Below are positions 1-8,195 of a stretch of DNA of 64,000 nt, one piece after another. Within the stretch, counting starts at the first letter, position 1. The number at the start of each line of letters is the position of its first letter. Made by a program: the position numbers and the translations under genes. Origin of the DNA: Methylococcaceae bacterium UBA2780 (GTDB taxonomy: Bacteria; Pseudomonadota; Gammaproteobacteria; Methylococcales; UBA2780). Location of the stretch: contig DEIG01000008.1 of NCBI GenBank assembly GCA_002352345.1, positions 21,420 through 85,419 on the forward strand. Reading direction: 5' to 3'. The notes below the pieces were generated by a model, which was given only the letters and a program-made list of their open reading frames with translations, had not been told where the DNA came from and ran no database searches.

Positions 1-816
1 CCAATGCGTCGCCGTTATAATACCTACGCAAACTACCGCCCCGTCTCTCTGCCAAAAGCACTCGCCCACTTCTCTCCATTAAAACCAGAAGTGATTGGTG
101 AAGGAATCGACCTGATTATGGTTCGCGAACTAGTGGGTGGGCTCTACTTTGGCGAAAAAGAGACTGGTATCAATGAAGCCGGCCTTCGTTATGTTAAAGA
201 GACGCTCGAATATGACGAAAAACAGATCACCCAAATCCTCCATCACGCCTTCAAATTAGCGAACAAACGCAAAAAAGTCCTTCACAACATTCACAAAAGT
301 AATGTTTTGAAATCTAGCGTGCTCTGGAACGAGATTCTCGAAGAGGTCGCCAAAGAATACCCAGAAGTTGAAGTGATCAACCTATTGGTTGATGCCGCAG
401 CCACGCTGCTCTGCCTAAAGCCCACACAGTTTGATGTAATGGTGATGGAAAATATGTTTGGCGACATCCTAAGTGACCAGGGCGGCGGCATTCTCGGCTC
501 TCTAGGCTTAATGCCTTCAGCTTGCCTAGGTGACGAAAAAGCCTACTACGAACCTTCACACGGTTCCGCACCCGATATCGCTGGCAAAAATATCGCCAAC
601 CCTTATTCAATGATTGGCTCTGTCGCCATGATGCTCGAAAACAGCTTTGGAATGGACCAAGAGGCCAAAAATGTCTGGGCAGCAATGCAGGCTGTTTTCG
701 CGGATGGTTATTCCACAGCCGACCTTTCTAAACCGGGCAGTGGCGTCAATATGATTGGCACCGATGCATTTGGTGACAAGGTCGTTGAGAAATTAAAGGC
801 AATGCCAATCGCTTAA
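1..816 (+). CDS. leuB: 3-isopropylmalate dehydrogenase, C-terminal ~270 aa (5' end outside window)
   Basis: The frame is open from the window edge. The translation carries isocitrate/isopropylmalate dehydrogenase blocks (IDLIMVRELVGGLYFG, MENMFGDILSDQGG, EPSHGSAPDIAGKNIANP). Other leu genes lie nearby. Confidence 0.9.
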   Translation, partial: PMRRRYNTYANYRPVSLPKALAHFSPLKPEVIGEGIDLIMVRELVGGLYFGEKETGINEAGLRYVKETLEYDEKQITQILHHAFKLANKRKKVLHNIHKSNVLKSSVLWNEILEEVAKEYPEVEVINLLVDAAATLLCLKPTQFDVMVMENMFGDILSDQGGGILGSLGLMPSACLGDEKAYYEPSHGSAPDIAGKNIANPYSMIGSVAMMLENSFGMDQEAKNVWAAMQAVFADGYSTADLSKPGSGVNMIGTDAFGDKVVEKLKAMPIA

Positions 817-844
817 TAAGCAGGATTTGTGCGAAAAATAAAAA

Positions 845-868
845 GGGGCCATCTAGGCCCCTTTTTTT
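845..868 (+). terminator. Rho-independent terminator after leuB
   Basis: Stem GGGGCC (845-850), loop atcta, stem GGCCCC (856-861), then a T7 run, 29 nt after the leuB stop. Confidence 0.75.
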
Positions 869-1106
869 ATCCCTCAAGAATAAACCAATTTCATTTTTCA
901 AAACAAACTTTGCCCCAACATCAATTTGCAGCCACTGATGAGCCATGTTTCTTTGAAAATTCAAGAAAATAACCCGACCACGGAACCGTTTTTCTTTTTA
1001 TCCATCTAAGAATTGAATGCTAGGGCTGGGTATAGCTAATGGACAAAAGTAGCGAGTAGCGTTCGTTTCAAACAACATTCCTGATCACCAGATAAAGGAG
1101 AACAAG

Positions 1107-1562
1107 ATGAACACAGAAGACAAACAAAAAAGCGTCGAAATTCTTAATGAAATCATGGAACTCGAACTGGCTGGCGTAGTGAGGTACACGCACTATTCGC
1201 TGATGGTGTACGGCTTTAACCGCATTCCGATCGTATCCTGGCTTAAAGGCAATGCAGATGAAAGCCTCTTACATGCTCATAGAGCCGGCGAAATGGTTAC
1301 CCTTCTGGGCGGCCACCCTTCGTTGAGCATAGGCCCTTTACTGGAGACGGCACAGCATGATGTTGGAGATATTCTTCGTGAAAGCCTTGAGCACGAAAAA
1401 ACGTCAATTTCTGCTTATTACCACTTACTTGAGCACAGCGAAGGCAAATCAACTCTGCTCGAAGAGTACGCTAGAGAGATGATCGTTGCTGAGGAGCTTC
1501 ACCTCGACGCGGTAAACAAAATGCTGCGCAAACCGGGAGATATTAGCGAATACGGCGGCTAG
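1107..1562 (+). CDS. Ferritin-like di-iron protein (bacterioferritin / Dps-like family)
   Basis: 151 aa with four-helix-bundle-like spacing of carboxylate/His pairs (ELELAG, DESLLHAH, ESLEHE, AEELH) typical of ferritin-like ferroxidase centres. AGGAG lies upstream of the ATG. Confidence 0.7.
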   Translation: MNTEDKQKSVEILNEIMELELAGVVRYTHYSLMVYGFNRIPIVSWLKGNADESLLHAHRAGEMVTLLGGHPSLSIGPLLETAQHDVGDILRESLEHEKTSISAYYHLLEHSEGKSTLLEEYAREMIVAEELHLDAVNKMLRKPGDISEYGG

Positions 1563-1715
1563 GTGGTGCAAAGGTTCATTAATTTTTAAAGCGGTCGAAC
1601 GTTTTATCTAGGCAAACAGTTGAAGGGGTATAACCACCCTTAATGAGTTCGCTATGCGAGACAAAATCTTGTTTAAAAGCAACCAATATAGGTAAAGATA
1701 ACGGAGACGATTAAT

Positions 1716-2081
1716 ATGAGACTTGATCATACCATCATCCCCTCTTCGGATAAGGAGGCGAATGCACGCTTCTATGCTGACTGTCTTGGCCTGAAATATT
1801 GCGGTGATTACACTCACTTTATTGTTGTCAAAATGAACTCCGGACTGAAATTACTATTTGATACAAGAAGTCAATTTGAGCCTCACCATTACGCCTTTCA
1901 ATGTAGCACTGAAGAATATGACGCCGTCCTCGCACGAATCAAAAAAAGTGCCCACCCATTTGGCGATAGCCCCGTAAACAGAACCAATTCCAGAGAATAC
2001 TTTTATGAGGGTGACAAAGGCTTCTATTTTGATGACAAAGATGGGCACATCCTCGAAGTGATCACGCAAGAAAACAGCTGA
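1716..2081 (+). CDS. VOC (glyoxalase/bleomycin-resistance/dioxygenase) family protein
   Basis: 121 aa. The N-terminus MRLDHTIIPSSDKEANARFYADCLGL and C-terminus DKDGHILEV fit the VOC beta-alpha-beta-beta-beta module pattern. Confidence 0.65.
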   Translation: MRLDHTIIPSSDKEANARFYADCLGLKYCGDYTHFIVVKMNSGLKLLFDTRSQFEPHHYAFQCSTEEYDAVLARIKKSAHPFGDSPVNRTNSREYFYEGDKGFYFDDKDGHILEVITQENS

Positions 2082-2118
2082 TCATTAAAATGTTTTCGAA
2101 TAGATACACGAGGCCTGA

Positions 2119-2508
2119 ATGAAAACAAAAAAGCGATTTAAACCGTTCTGGTACTGGAGTCTGCTAGCTTTATTGATTGCCCCCGGCACTTCGCTCAGTG
2201 AAAATATCAATGACGAAGATAAAGCCCTTTATGACATTCTTCCGGGGAAAACAGATGAACTCTGCATGACCCTGACACCTCAAGAGAGTTTAGAGTATTC
2301 CTTTGAAGCAACCGGCGCACTGCTCTTTAATATCCATTACCATCTTGCCCATAGAAGCTTCTACCCTGTTCACCAAAAACTTGCTTCAAAAGAAAAGGGG
2401 GGCTTCTCACCCAACTCAAAACAACGATACTGCCTCACGTGGCACAATGCCAACCGGCACCCGGTAGCAATTAAAGTTGAGCATAAAAAAATCCCTCGAA
2501 CGCAATAG
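2119..2508 (+). CDS. Small secreted hypothetical protein
   Basis: 129 aa with a signal-peptide-like N-terminus (KKRFKPFWYWSLLALLIAPGTSLS). No family recognised. A weak hairpin and T8 run follow at about 2513-2548. Confidence 0.55.
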   Translation: MKTKKRFKPFWYWSLLALLIAPGTSLSENINDEDKALYDILPGKTDELCMTLTPQESLEYSFEATGALLFNIHYHLAHRSFYPVHQKLASKEKGGFSPNSKQRYCLTWHNANRHPVAIKVEHKKIPRTQ

Positions 2509-2587
2509 GTTTGCCCCTGCATAATGTCGCTAGGGCCGTTTTTTTTATGACCTGTAGCCGATTCGGCTTTTTGACGAATCAAACCCC

Positions 2588-2956
2588 ATGATTTATTTAC
2601 TCATCGCAAACTTCGTCGTCATCTTCCACCTTGGATTCGTGCTTTTTGTATTATTCGGCGGATTACTAATTCAAAAATGGCGATGGCTTATTTTTCTGCA
2701 TATTCCCGCTGTAATATGGGGGGCACTCATTGAGTATCAAGGCGGACTGTGTCCACTCACCCCATTTGAACAAAAACTCCGACAAGCAGCCGATCAATCA
2801 GGCTATTCAGGTAGTTTTATCGAGCATTATATTTTGCCGATTTTGTACCCAGATTATCTCAACAAGGAGCTACAGGTTATCCTGGGATCAATCGTCATCA
2901 TCATTAACGTTGTTGTTTATGCATGGCTCGCAATACGATTTCTTGACGGCAAATAA
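2588..2956 (+). CDS. DUF2784-like small integral membrane protein
   Basis: 122 aa with 3-4 hydrophobic helices. The block GALIEYQGGLCPLTPFEQKLR resembles the DUF2784 family as I remember it. Confidence 0.55.
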   Translation: MIYLLIANFVVIFHLGFVLFVLFGGLLIQKWRWLIFLHIPAVIWGALIEYQGGLCPLTPFEQKLRQAADQSGYSGSFIEHYILPILYPDYLNKELQVILGSIVIIINVVVYAWLAIRFLDGK

Positions 2957-2959
2957 ACA

Positions 2960-3090
2960 GCCAACCTGCATTCTATGATTGGGCTGGATGCAATAATGCT
3001 TGAAAATAACTTTAAAATGGGAGGTGCCTAGGCACCGGTACATTTGGAGATAAAATTATTGAAAAATTAAAAGTAGTAATGGCTGCTTAA
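2960..3090 (+). pseudogene. leuB: Decayed duplicate of the leuB 3' end (ghost fragment)
   Basis: Hand alignment gives two collinear blocks. Block 1: 2960-3022 versus leuB 595-657, 44/63 nt identical (ANLHSMIGLDAIMLENNFKM versus ANPYSMIGSVAMMLENSFGM). Block 2: 3031-3090 versus leuB 757-816, 41/60 nt identical (GTGTFGDKIIEKLK versus GTDAFGDKVVEKLK), both ending in TAA in the same register. About 91 nt between the blocks are deleted. There is a premature TAG at 3029-3031 and a frame shift between the blocks. Confidence 0.8.
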
Positions 3091-3310
3091 ACTACCTTTC
3101 AATTTGGCCGATAGACACATAAATAAGCCTAGCAGCCATTGAACTTATTAATATCGAGATCAATCGCATCCAGCTCCATTCATTAATTGGTTAATCTTTG
3201 TCTGTTTTTTTTACATTTTCACCGCAATACTTGACGAGATACTAAATTAGTTTTTTTACAATTCGGAATAATTTTTATAAAACATCCACTTATAGACACA
3301 AAAATAATGT

Positions 3311-3326
3311 GGGCACCAAAATTGCT
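3311..3326 (+). promoter_or_regulatory. Putative sigma-54 (-24/-12) promoter of the PEP-CTERM gene
   Basis: gGGCAC-caaaa-TTGCt matches TGGCAC-N5-TTGC(A/T) in 9 of the 10 core positions with exact spacing. It sits 53 nt upstream of the ATG at 3379. AAGGAG Shine-Dalgarno at 3364-3369. Confidence 0.55.
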
Positions 3327-3378
3327 TATACACAACTGTGGTTATTTTAATTAACACAAAAGTAAGGAGTTTTTAAAA

Positions 3379-4137
3379 ATGAAAACAGTAAAAATAACAC
3401 TAAAAGTCGGTGCAGCAGTAGCTGCATTGACATTTGGAGCGACCGCAAACGCGACCATACTCACAGTATTTGATGGAATCACAGCAGGCGTATCCTCTTT
3501 TGATTCGACAGTAACAGGTGCAGGTGGAACCGTATCATCTGATGTTTGGACCACATTTGGTAGTGGCGCAAGCGTTGACCGAGGCGACTACACAGTCACC
3601 AACACCGATGGTGGGTCTATATCCACGCAAAATTATGGGGATATGTCTGGAAAGGTGATCGGTATTAACCCCGCAGGTGGAGGATCAAACCCTCGCACCA
3701 ACCCACTGGATTATATAAACAGTGGACTCACCTTTACCTTTGACAACCCTATTAACTCTTTCGGCTTCGAAGTTGGTGATTGGGCAACATGCTGTTTCGA
3801 TCCAACTACTGACCTGTTTATCTCTTTTGATGGTGCCACCCCAATTCAAGTGGCATCAGCAAATAGCAGTTCTGATGGGCTATTTCCGTCGCAAGATGAT
3901 GGCAGGAATGTTTTTGAGATCTTTGTTGCAGCATTCGATGATACAGGCGACTTTACTCAAATTTCATTTTGGGGAAATGGTATCGGTGAATTTCTTGTTG
4001 CTGGCGGACAAGTTCGCTATGCTCTACTCAATCAGGGCAGTCTACCTGGCGGAAACGTTCCAGAGCCCGCGACTTTAGCGCTTTTAGGTCTTGGTTTAGC
4101 CGGAATGGGTTTTTCACGAAAAAGAAAGAAAGCTTAA
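3379..4137 (+). CDS. PEP-CTERM sorting-domain secreted protein
   Basis: N-terminal signal peptide (MKTVKITLKVGAAVAALTFGATANA). The C-terminus VPEPATLALLGLGLAGMGFSRKRKKA gives the PEP motif, a TM helix and a basic tail. Confidence 0.85.
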   Translation: MKTVKITLKVGAAVAALTFGATANATILTVFDGITAGVSSFDSTVTGAGGTVSSDVWTTFGSGASVDRGDYTVTNTDGGSISTQNYGDMSGKVIGINPAGGGSNPRTNPLDYINSGLTFTFDNPINSFGFEVGDWATCCFDPTTDLFISFDGATPIQVASANSSSDGLFPSQDDGRNVFEIFVAAFDDTGDFTQISFWGNGIGEFLVAGGQVRYALLNQGSLPGGNVPEPATLALLGLGLAGMGFSRKRKKA

Positions 4138-4161
4138 ATCTTTGTATTTTAGGTTTTAAAA

Positions 4162-4191
4162 AGCCAGCTGGTTTTTCAGCTGGCTTTTTTT
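4162..4191 (+). terminator. Rho-independent terminator after the PEP-CTERM gene
   Basis: Stem AGCCAGCTG, loop gttttt, stem CAGCTGGCT, then a T-run. Confidence 0.8.
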
Positions 4192-4267
4192 GCTCTAAAA
4201 ATAAGCCAGCCTTCCTAATTTAACCACGGTCTAGGGGCTTTTAAGTACTGTAAATAACTCTGACAAA

Positions 4268-5818
4268 CTACTCTATTCCAGCACCCTGCTCATGCAGCTG
4301 AATATTAATCATTCGTAATGCTGCAAGCACCGAGGCAAAAACCTGATTAGAGTGAACGCCGCGTGTTTTGCGCTGTGTTTTACCACAATCCCAAGTAATC
4401 ACACATTCAGTTAAAGCGCTTGTATGGCCACCTTTAGGAATCCTTACTTCATAATCAACCAGACCTGGAAGCGCATAACCATAGCCTTTCAACGCCTTAT
4501 TAACTGCATCGATAAAGGCATCAAAACCACCATTTCCTGAACCCGACACACTATGCTTCTCACCCTTTATCTCTACTTGAATACTTGCGACTGACTCCAA
4601 ATCCAAGCTGCTGGTAATTGAGCAGTTAATCAATTTGATATGTTGGTAATTGGTGCTTTCCAGCACATCGGCAATGATAAATGGCAGATCTTCTGTGGTA
4701 ATTGTCTGCTTGGTATCTCCAAGTTTGACTATTCTCGCCAAGACTTTTTGCTGCTCTTCTTCTGAAAGTGTTAACCCAAGTTTCTCGAGATTCTTTTTAA
4801 GCGAGGCTTTGCCACTCATTTTTCCCAGTGCATAGCTTCGTGTTCTGGCAAAGCGTTCCGGGCTGAGTTTACTTTCGTACAAGCCCCCTTTTTGGTCTCC
4901 ATCGGCATGAATACCGGCTGTTTGGGTAAAGACATCCGCCCCGATGATCGGTGCATTCGCTGCAACCCATTTGCCTGAAAAGTTCTCAACCATATTGCTC
5001 AATCGAACAATATGGCTCTCATCGATAGAGAGCTGCATGCCCATTTTATCGCGCAAAACTGCTGTGACCTGTGAAACAGAAGCATTCCCTGCCCGCTCAC
5101 CGAGGCAATTAACCGTGCAGTGAACCGCGCTGACCCCAGCTTTAACCGCGGCCATCACGTTAGCCGTCGCCAAGCCATAGTCATTATGGGGGTGAAAATC
5201 GAATTGCAACTCTGGATATCGACTACACATATCGCTTAGGCTCTCAAAAACCTCATCGGGCGACATCACACCTAATGTATCCGGAAGCATAAAGTGGTTA
5301 ATCCCCGCATTCCTAAGCCTATCCATCAACTCATAGACATAATCACGGCTATCAACGTAACCATTCGACCAATCTTCTAGATAAACATTTACAGAAAGTC
5401 CTTTCTCTTGGGCATAAGCAACCGTTTTAAGAATTTCTTGAGCATGCTGCTCAAGATTTTTCCCAAGTTGCTCGCGACAATGCTTTTCACTTCCTTTTGT
5501 AAGCAGGTTGATCACTTGACCACCGGCATCGGCTATCCAATCAACGCTGCGTGTGCCATCAACAAAACCTAAGACCTCAACTGCATCACCAAACCCTTCA
5601 CTCCGCGCCCAGTCGTTTATATTTCGAACTGCCTCTTTTTCGCCCTCTGAAACGCTTGCAGAAGCCACTTCGATTCGGTCAATTTTAAGAGATTCCAGCA
5701 ATGCTTTGGCAATACCCACCTTCTCTGCTGGAGAGAACGAGACACCTTGTGTCTGCTCTCCGTCGCGGAGTGTGGTATCCATTAACTGGATTTTTCTGGG
5801 TTCTGCCGGCATCACCAA
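4268..5818 (-). CDS. LeuA-family synthase of the (R)-citramalate synthase type (CimA-like; may be annotated as 2-isopropylmalate synthase)
   Basis: 516 aa. LMDTTLRDGEQ and HPHNDYGLATAN mark the HMGL-like barrel, and a C-terminal LeuA-type regulatory domain is present. Blocks LGFVDGTRSVDWI, VYLEDWSNG, FTQTAGIHADGDQKGGLY, RSYALGKMSGKAS and EDLPFIIADV match my recollection of Leptospira-type CimA better than E. coli LeuA. TTG start at 5818 (GAGGA 7 nt upstream), or alternatively ATG at 5812. Confidence 0.8.
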   Translation of the reverse strand: MVMPAEPRKIQLMDTTLRDGEQTQGVSFSPAEKVGIAKALLESLKIDRIEVASASVSEGEKEAVRNINDWARSEGFGDAVEVLGFVDGTRSVDWIADAGGQVINLLTKGSEKHCREQLGKNLEQHAQEILKTVAYAQEKGLSVNVYLEDWSNGYVDSRDYVYELMDRLRNAGINHFMLPDTLGVMSPDEVFESLSDMCSRYPELQFDFHPHNDYGLATANVMAAVKAGVSAVHCTVNCLGERAGNASVSQVTAVLRDKMGMQLSIDESHIVRLSNMVENFSGKWVAANAPIIGADVFTQTAGIHADGDQKGGLYESKLSPERFARTRSYALGKMSGKASLKKNLEKLGLTLSEEEQQKVLARIVKLGDTKQTITTEDLPFIIADVLESTNYQHIKLINCSITSSLDLESVASIQVEIKGEKHSVSGSGNGGFDAFIDAVNKALKGYGYALPGLVDYEVRIPKGGHTSALTECVITWDCGKTQRKTRGVHSNQVFASVLAALRMINIQLHEQGAGIE

Positions 5819-5870
5819 GGTTGATTCCTCTACTTATTTGATCGCTTCTAGCTTTATTTATCAGAAAAAT

Positions 5871-6482
5871 TTACGCCCAAAGCCAAGGATAAAGTGTTTT
5901 ATGTTTATCTTCGTATTGGCTGATTTTCTCTTCATGCTTAAGCGTTAGGCCAATATCATCAAGTCCTTTCGAAAGGTTCTCTTTACGGAATGGATCAATT
6001 TCAAACTTGAAGCCATTGCCAGCAGGCGTGATCACATCTTGATTTTCAAGATCAATCGTAAATTGCACCCCTTCATTCGCTTCAATTTCTGCCATCAACG
6101 CATCCAGCTGCGCTTTGGTCGCAACAATAGGCAAGATGCCATTTTTAAAGCAGTTGTTATAGAAGATATCGGCATAGCTGGTCGAAATGATTGTATTAAA
6201 ACCATAATCTTCAATTGCCCATGGCGCATGTTCGCGCGATGAACCACAGCCAAAATTATCGCCAACAACCAGAATTTTTGATCCCTTAAAGGCAGGCTTG
6301 TTCAGCTCAAAATCGAGGTTATCGCTAGTATCTTCGTTATAGCGCCAGTCGTGAAAAAGATGAACTCCAAAACCGCTACGTTCTACTTTTTTCAAAAACT
6401 GTTTTGGGATAATTTGATCAGTATCGACATTGCTGCGATTCATCAATGCCGCAATACTTTCGTGTTTTGTATACGCTTTCAT
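5871..6482 (-). CDS. leuD: 3-isopropylmalate dehydratase small subunit
   Basis: Aconitase swivel-domain small subunit (DTDQIIPKQFLK, GDNFGCGSSREHA). I moved the start to the ATG at 6482 (MKAYTKHES), 16 nt after the leuC stop. The longer track ORF overlaps leuC. Confidence 0.9.
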   Translation of the reverse strand: MKAYTKHESIAALMNRSNVDTDQIIPKQFLKKVERSGFGVHLFHDWRYNEDTSDNLDFELNKPAFKGSKILVVGDNFGCGSSREHAPWAIEDYGFNTIISTSYADIFYNNCFKNGILPIVATKAQLDALMAEIEANEGVQFTIDLENQDVITPAGNGFKFEIDPFRKENLSKGLDDIGLTLKHEEKISQYEDKHKTLYPWLWA

Positions 6483-6498
6483 AAATAATCCAAATACT

Positions 6499-7893
6499 TT
6501 ATTTGCTGATATCGACAAAATGACCCGCTGCTGCTGCCGCTGCTGCCATTGCTGGAGAAACGAGGTGCGTGCGTCCGCCTTTACCTTGACGACCCTCAAA
6601 GTTTCGATTTGAAGTTGAGGCACAACGTTCTTTATCTTTAAGTTCGTCACCATTCATCGCCAAACACATTGAGCAACCCGGTTCGCGCCACTCCCACCCG
6701 GCTTCGGTGAAAATTTTATCCAGTCCTTCTTCTTCTGCCTGCTCTTTCACATGATAAGAGCCGGGAACCGCAATTGCAGTTACGCCCTCTGCAACCTGCG
6801 TACCTTTAGCAACATTTGCTGCCGCACGAAAATCCTCAATACGGCCATTTGTGCAAGAGCCAACAAAGACATAATCAATCTTAATATCGGTCATTTTTGT
6901 GCCGGCTGTTAGGCCCATGTAGTTCAATGCACCTTCACATGCCTGCTGCTGAATTTCACTCTCAAAACTTTCTGGTGAAGGGACAACATCATTTACCGCA
7001 ACAACCTGCTCGGGTGACGTACCCCAAGTGACTTGTGGTGAAATCTCAGCAGCATCAAGAACCAGCTCTGCATCAAATTCAGCTCCTTCATCACTCGCCA
7101 TTGATCCCCAATGGGCAACTGCCTGCTCCCAGTATTCTTCAGATGGCGCAAACTCTTTGCCTTTCAAGAATTCATAAGTCTTCTCATCGGGAGCAACCAT
7201 GCCGGCACGTGCGCCCGCTTCAATCGCCATATTACAGAGTGTCATGCGGCCTTCCATGCTTAGCGACTTGACTGCATCGCCTGCAAATTCAAAGACATAA
7301 CCTGTTCCGCCTGCTGTGCCTGTTTTACCAATAATTGCCAGCGCAATATCTTTCGCAGTACAAGCATCCGATAATTCGCCATCAACACGGATTATCATTG
7401 TTTTAGACTTCTTTTGAGGCAGTGTTTGGGTTGCCATCACGTGCTCAACCTCAGATGTTCCAATACCAAAGGCCAGCGCACCAAATGCCCCGTGTGTTGC
7501 CGTATGGCTATCACCACAGACAACCACCATGCCCGGGTGGACAAACCCATGTTCTGGAACAACAATATGAATCACACCATTATCAGGGCTTTTCATATCG
7601 TAAAGATTCAAGCCGTTCTCTTCGCAGTTTTCAGCCATTGTTTCGATCTGTTTTTTAGCAATCGGATCAGCAATGGGCAGGTCGCGATTTTTAGTCGGAA
7701 CACAGTGATCCATCGTCGCCAAAATACTGTGAACATTTCGCACCTTACGGTTTGAGTTCCGCAACCCTTCAAACGCCTGAGGACTGGTTACCTCATGCAT
7801 TAGGTGGCGATCAACATACAATAATGGGGCCTGTCCAGACTCTTCATGAACAAAGTGGCTATCCCAAATTTTTTCATACATCGTTTTTTTCAT
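6499..7893 (-). CDS. leuC: 3-isopropylmalate dehydratase large subunit
   Basis: 464 aa. Aconitase-family Fe-S ligand blocks ([28 protein letters not shown]). Confidence 0.95.
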   Translation of the reverse strand: MKKTMYEKIWDSHFVHEESGQAPLLYVDRHLMHEVTSPQAFEGLRNSNRKVRNVHSILATMDHCVPTKNRDLPIADPIAKKQIETMAENCEENGLNLYDMKSPDNGVIHIVVPEHGFVHPGMVVVCGDSHTATHGAFGALAFGIGTSEVEHVMATQTLPQKKSKTMIIRVDGELSDACTAKDIALAIIGKTGTAGGTGYVFEFAGDAVKSLSMEGRMTLCNMAIEAGARAGMVAPDEKTYEFLKGKEFAPSEEYWEQAVAHWGSMASDEGAEFDAELVLDAAEISPQVTWGTSPEQVVAVNDVVPSPESFESEIQQQACEGALNYMGLTAGTKMTDIKIDYVFVGSCTNGRIEDFRAAANVAKGTQVAEGVTAIAVPGSYHVKEQAEEEGLDKIFTEAGWEWREPGCSMCLAMNGDELKDKERCASTSNRNFEGRQGKGGRTHLVSPAMAAAAAAAGHFVDISK

Positions 7894-8195
7894 AACTCTT
7901 CCAAAGCTTAATTACCCGTCCCGCTCAGGTAGATGACTACAGACCGCGGGAAAAACAGTGAGGCTAACGCCAGTTGAACCCGCTATTTTCTCTAAATATG
8001 GCCTGTTTTGCAATTTTACTGACACTTCTTTAATTGATAACACCAACACCTGGCACCTTCAAAACAGAGCTTAAAACCTACCTTTCATTCACCCGCTCGA
8101 AACTAGCCGTTGCATTCGTCTTTATTTCAGCAACGAAACTTAATTACTGTAGAATCTTTAGATTAACTTCAACCAGTTCAACTGCTCTCATACCC

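Noticed and set aside
3722-4078. A 118-aa ORF in an alternative plus-strand frame inside the PEP-CTERM gene.
   Set aside because: The main frame is supported by a signal peptide and a PEP-CTERM tail. The alternative frame has no start context or motifs.
6483-6653. 5' extensions of track ORFs that overlap the upstream gene or intergenic DNA. They affect leuD (6483-6653), aceF (15847-15945), nqrA (45994-46038), sbcB (37200-37280), slt (30830-30889), usp (25990-26052), the membrane fusion protein (8034-8195) and csp (25252-25266).
   Set aside because: In each case an internal ATG gives the canonical family N-terminus (for example [15 protein letters not shown] for NqrA and YWHDYETFG for SbcB) and removes the overlap. 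The extensions are just open frame upstream of the real start.
7894-8033. A possible leucine leader peptide or attenuator upstream of leuC. The GCGGG / CCCGC / GAGCGGG segments could form alternative hairpins.
   Set aside because: There is no ATG-initiated mini-ORF with Leu codon runs, and no hairpin followed by a U-tract. The complementary segments are short and widely spaced.
8051-8066. A TGGCAC hexamer upstream of the RND adaptor gene, considered as a second sigma-54 promoter.
   Set aside because: The -12 element is missing: TGGCAC-cttca-AAAC instead of TTGC.
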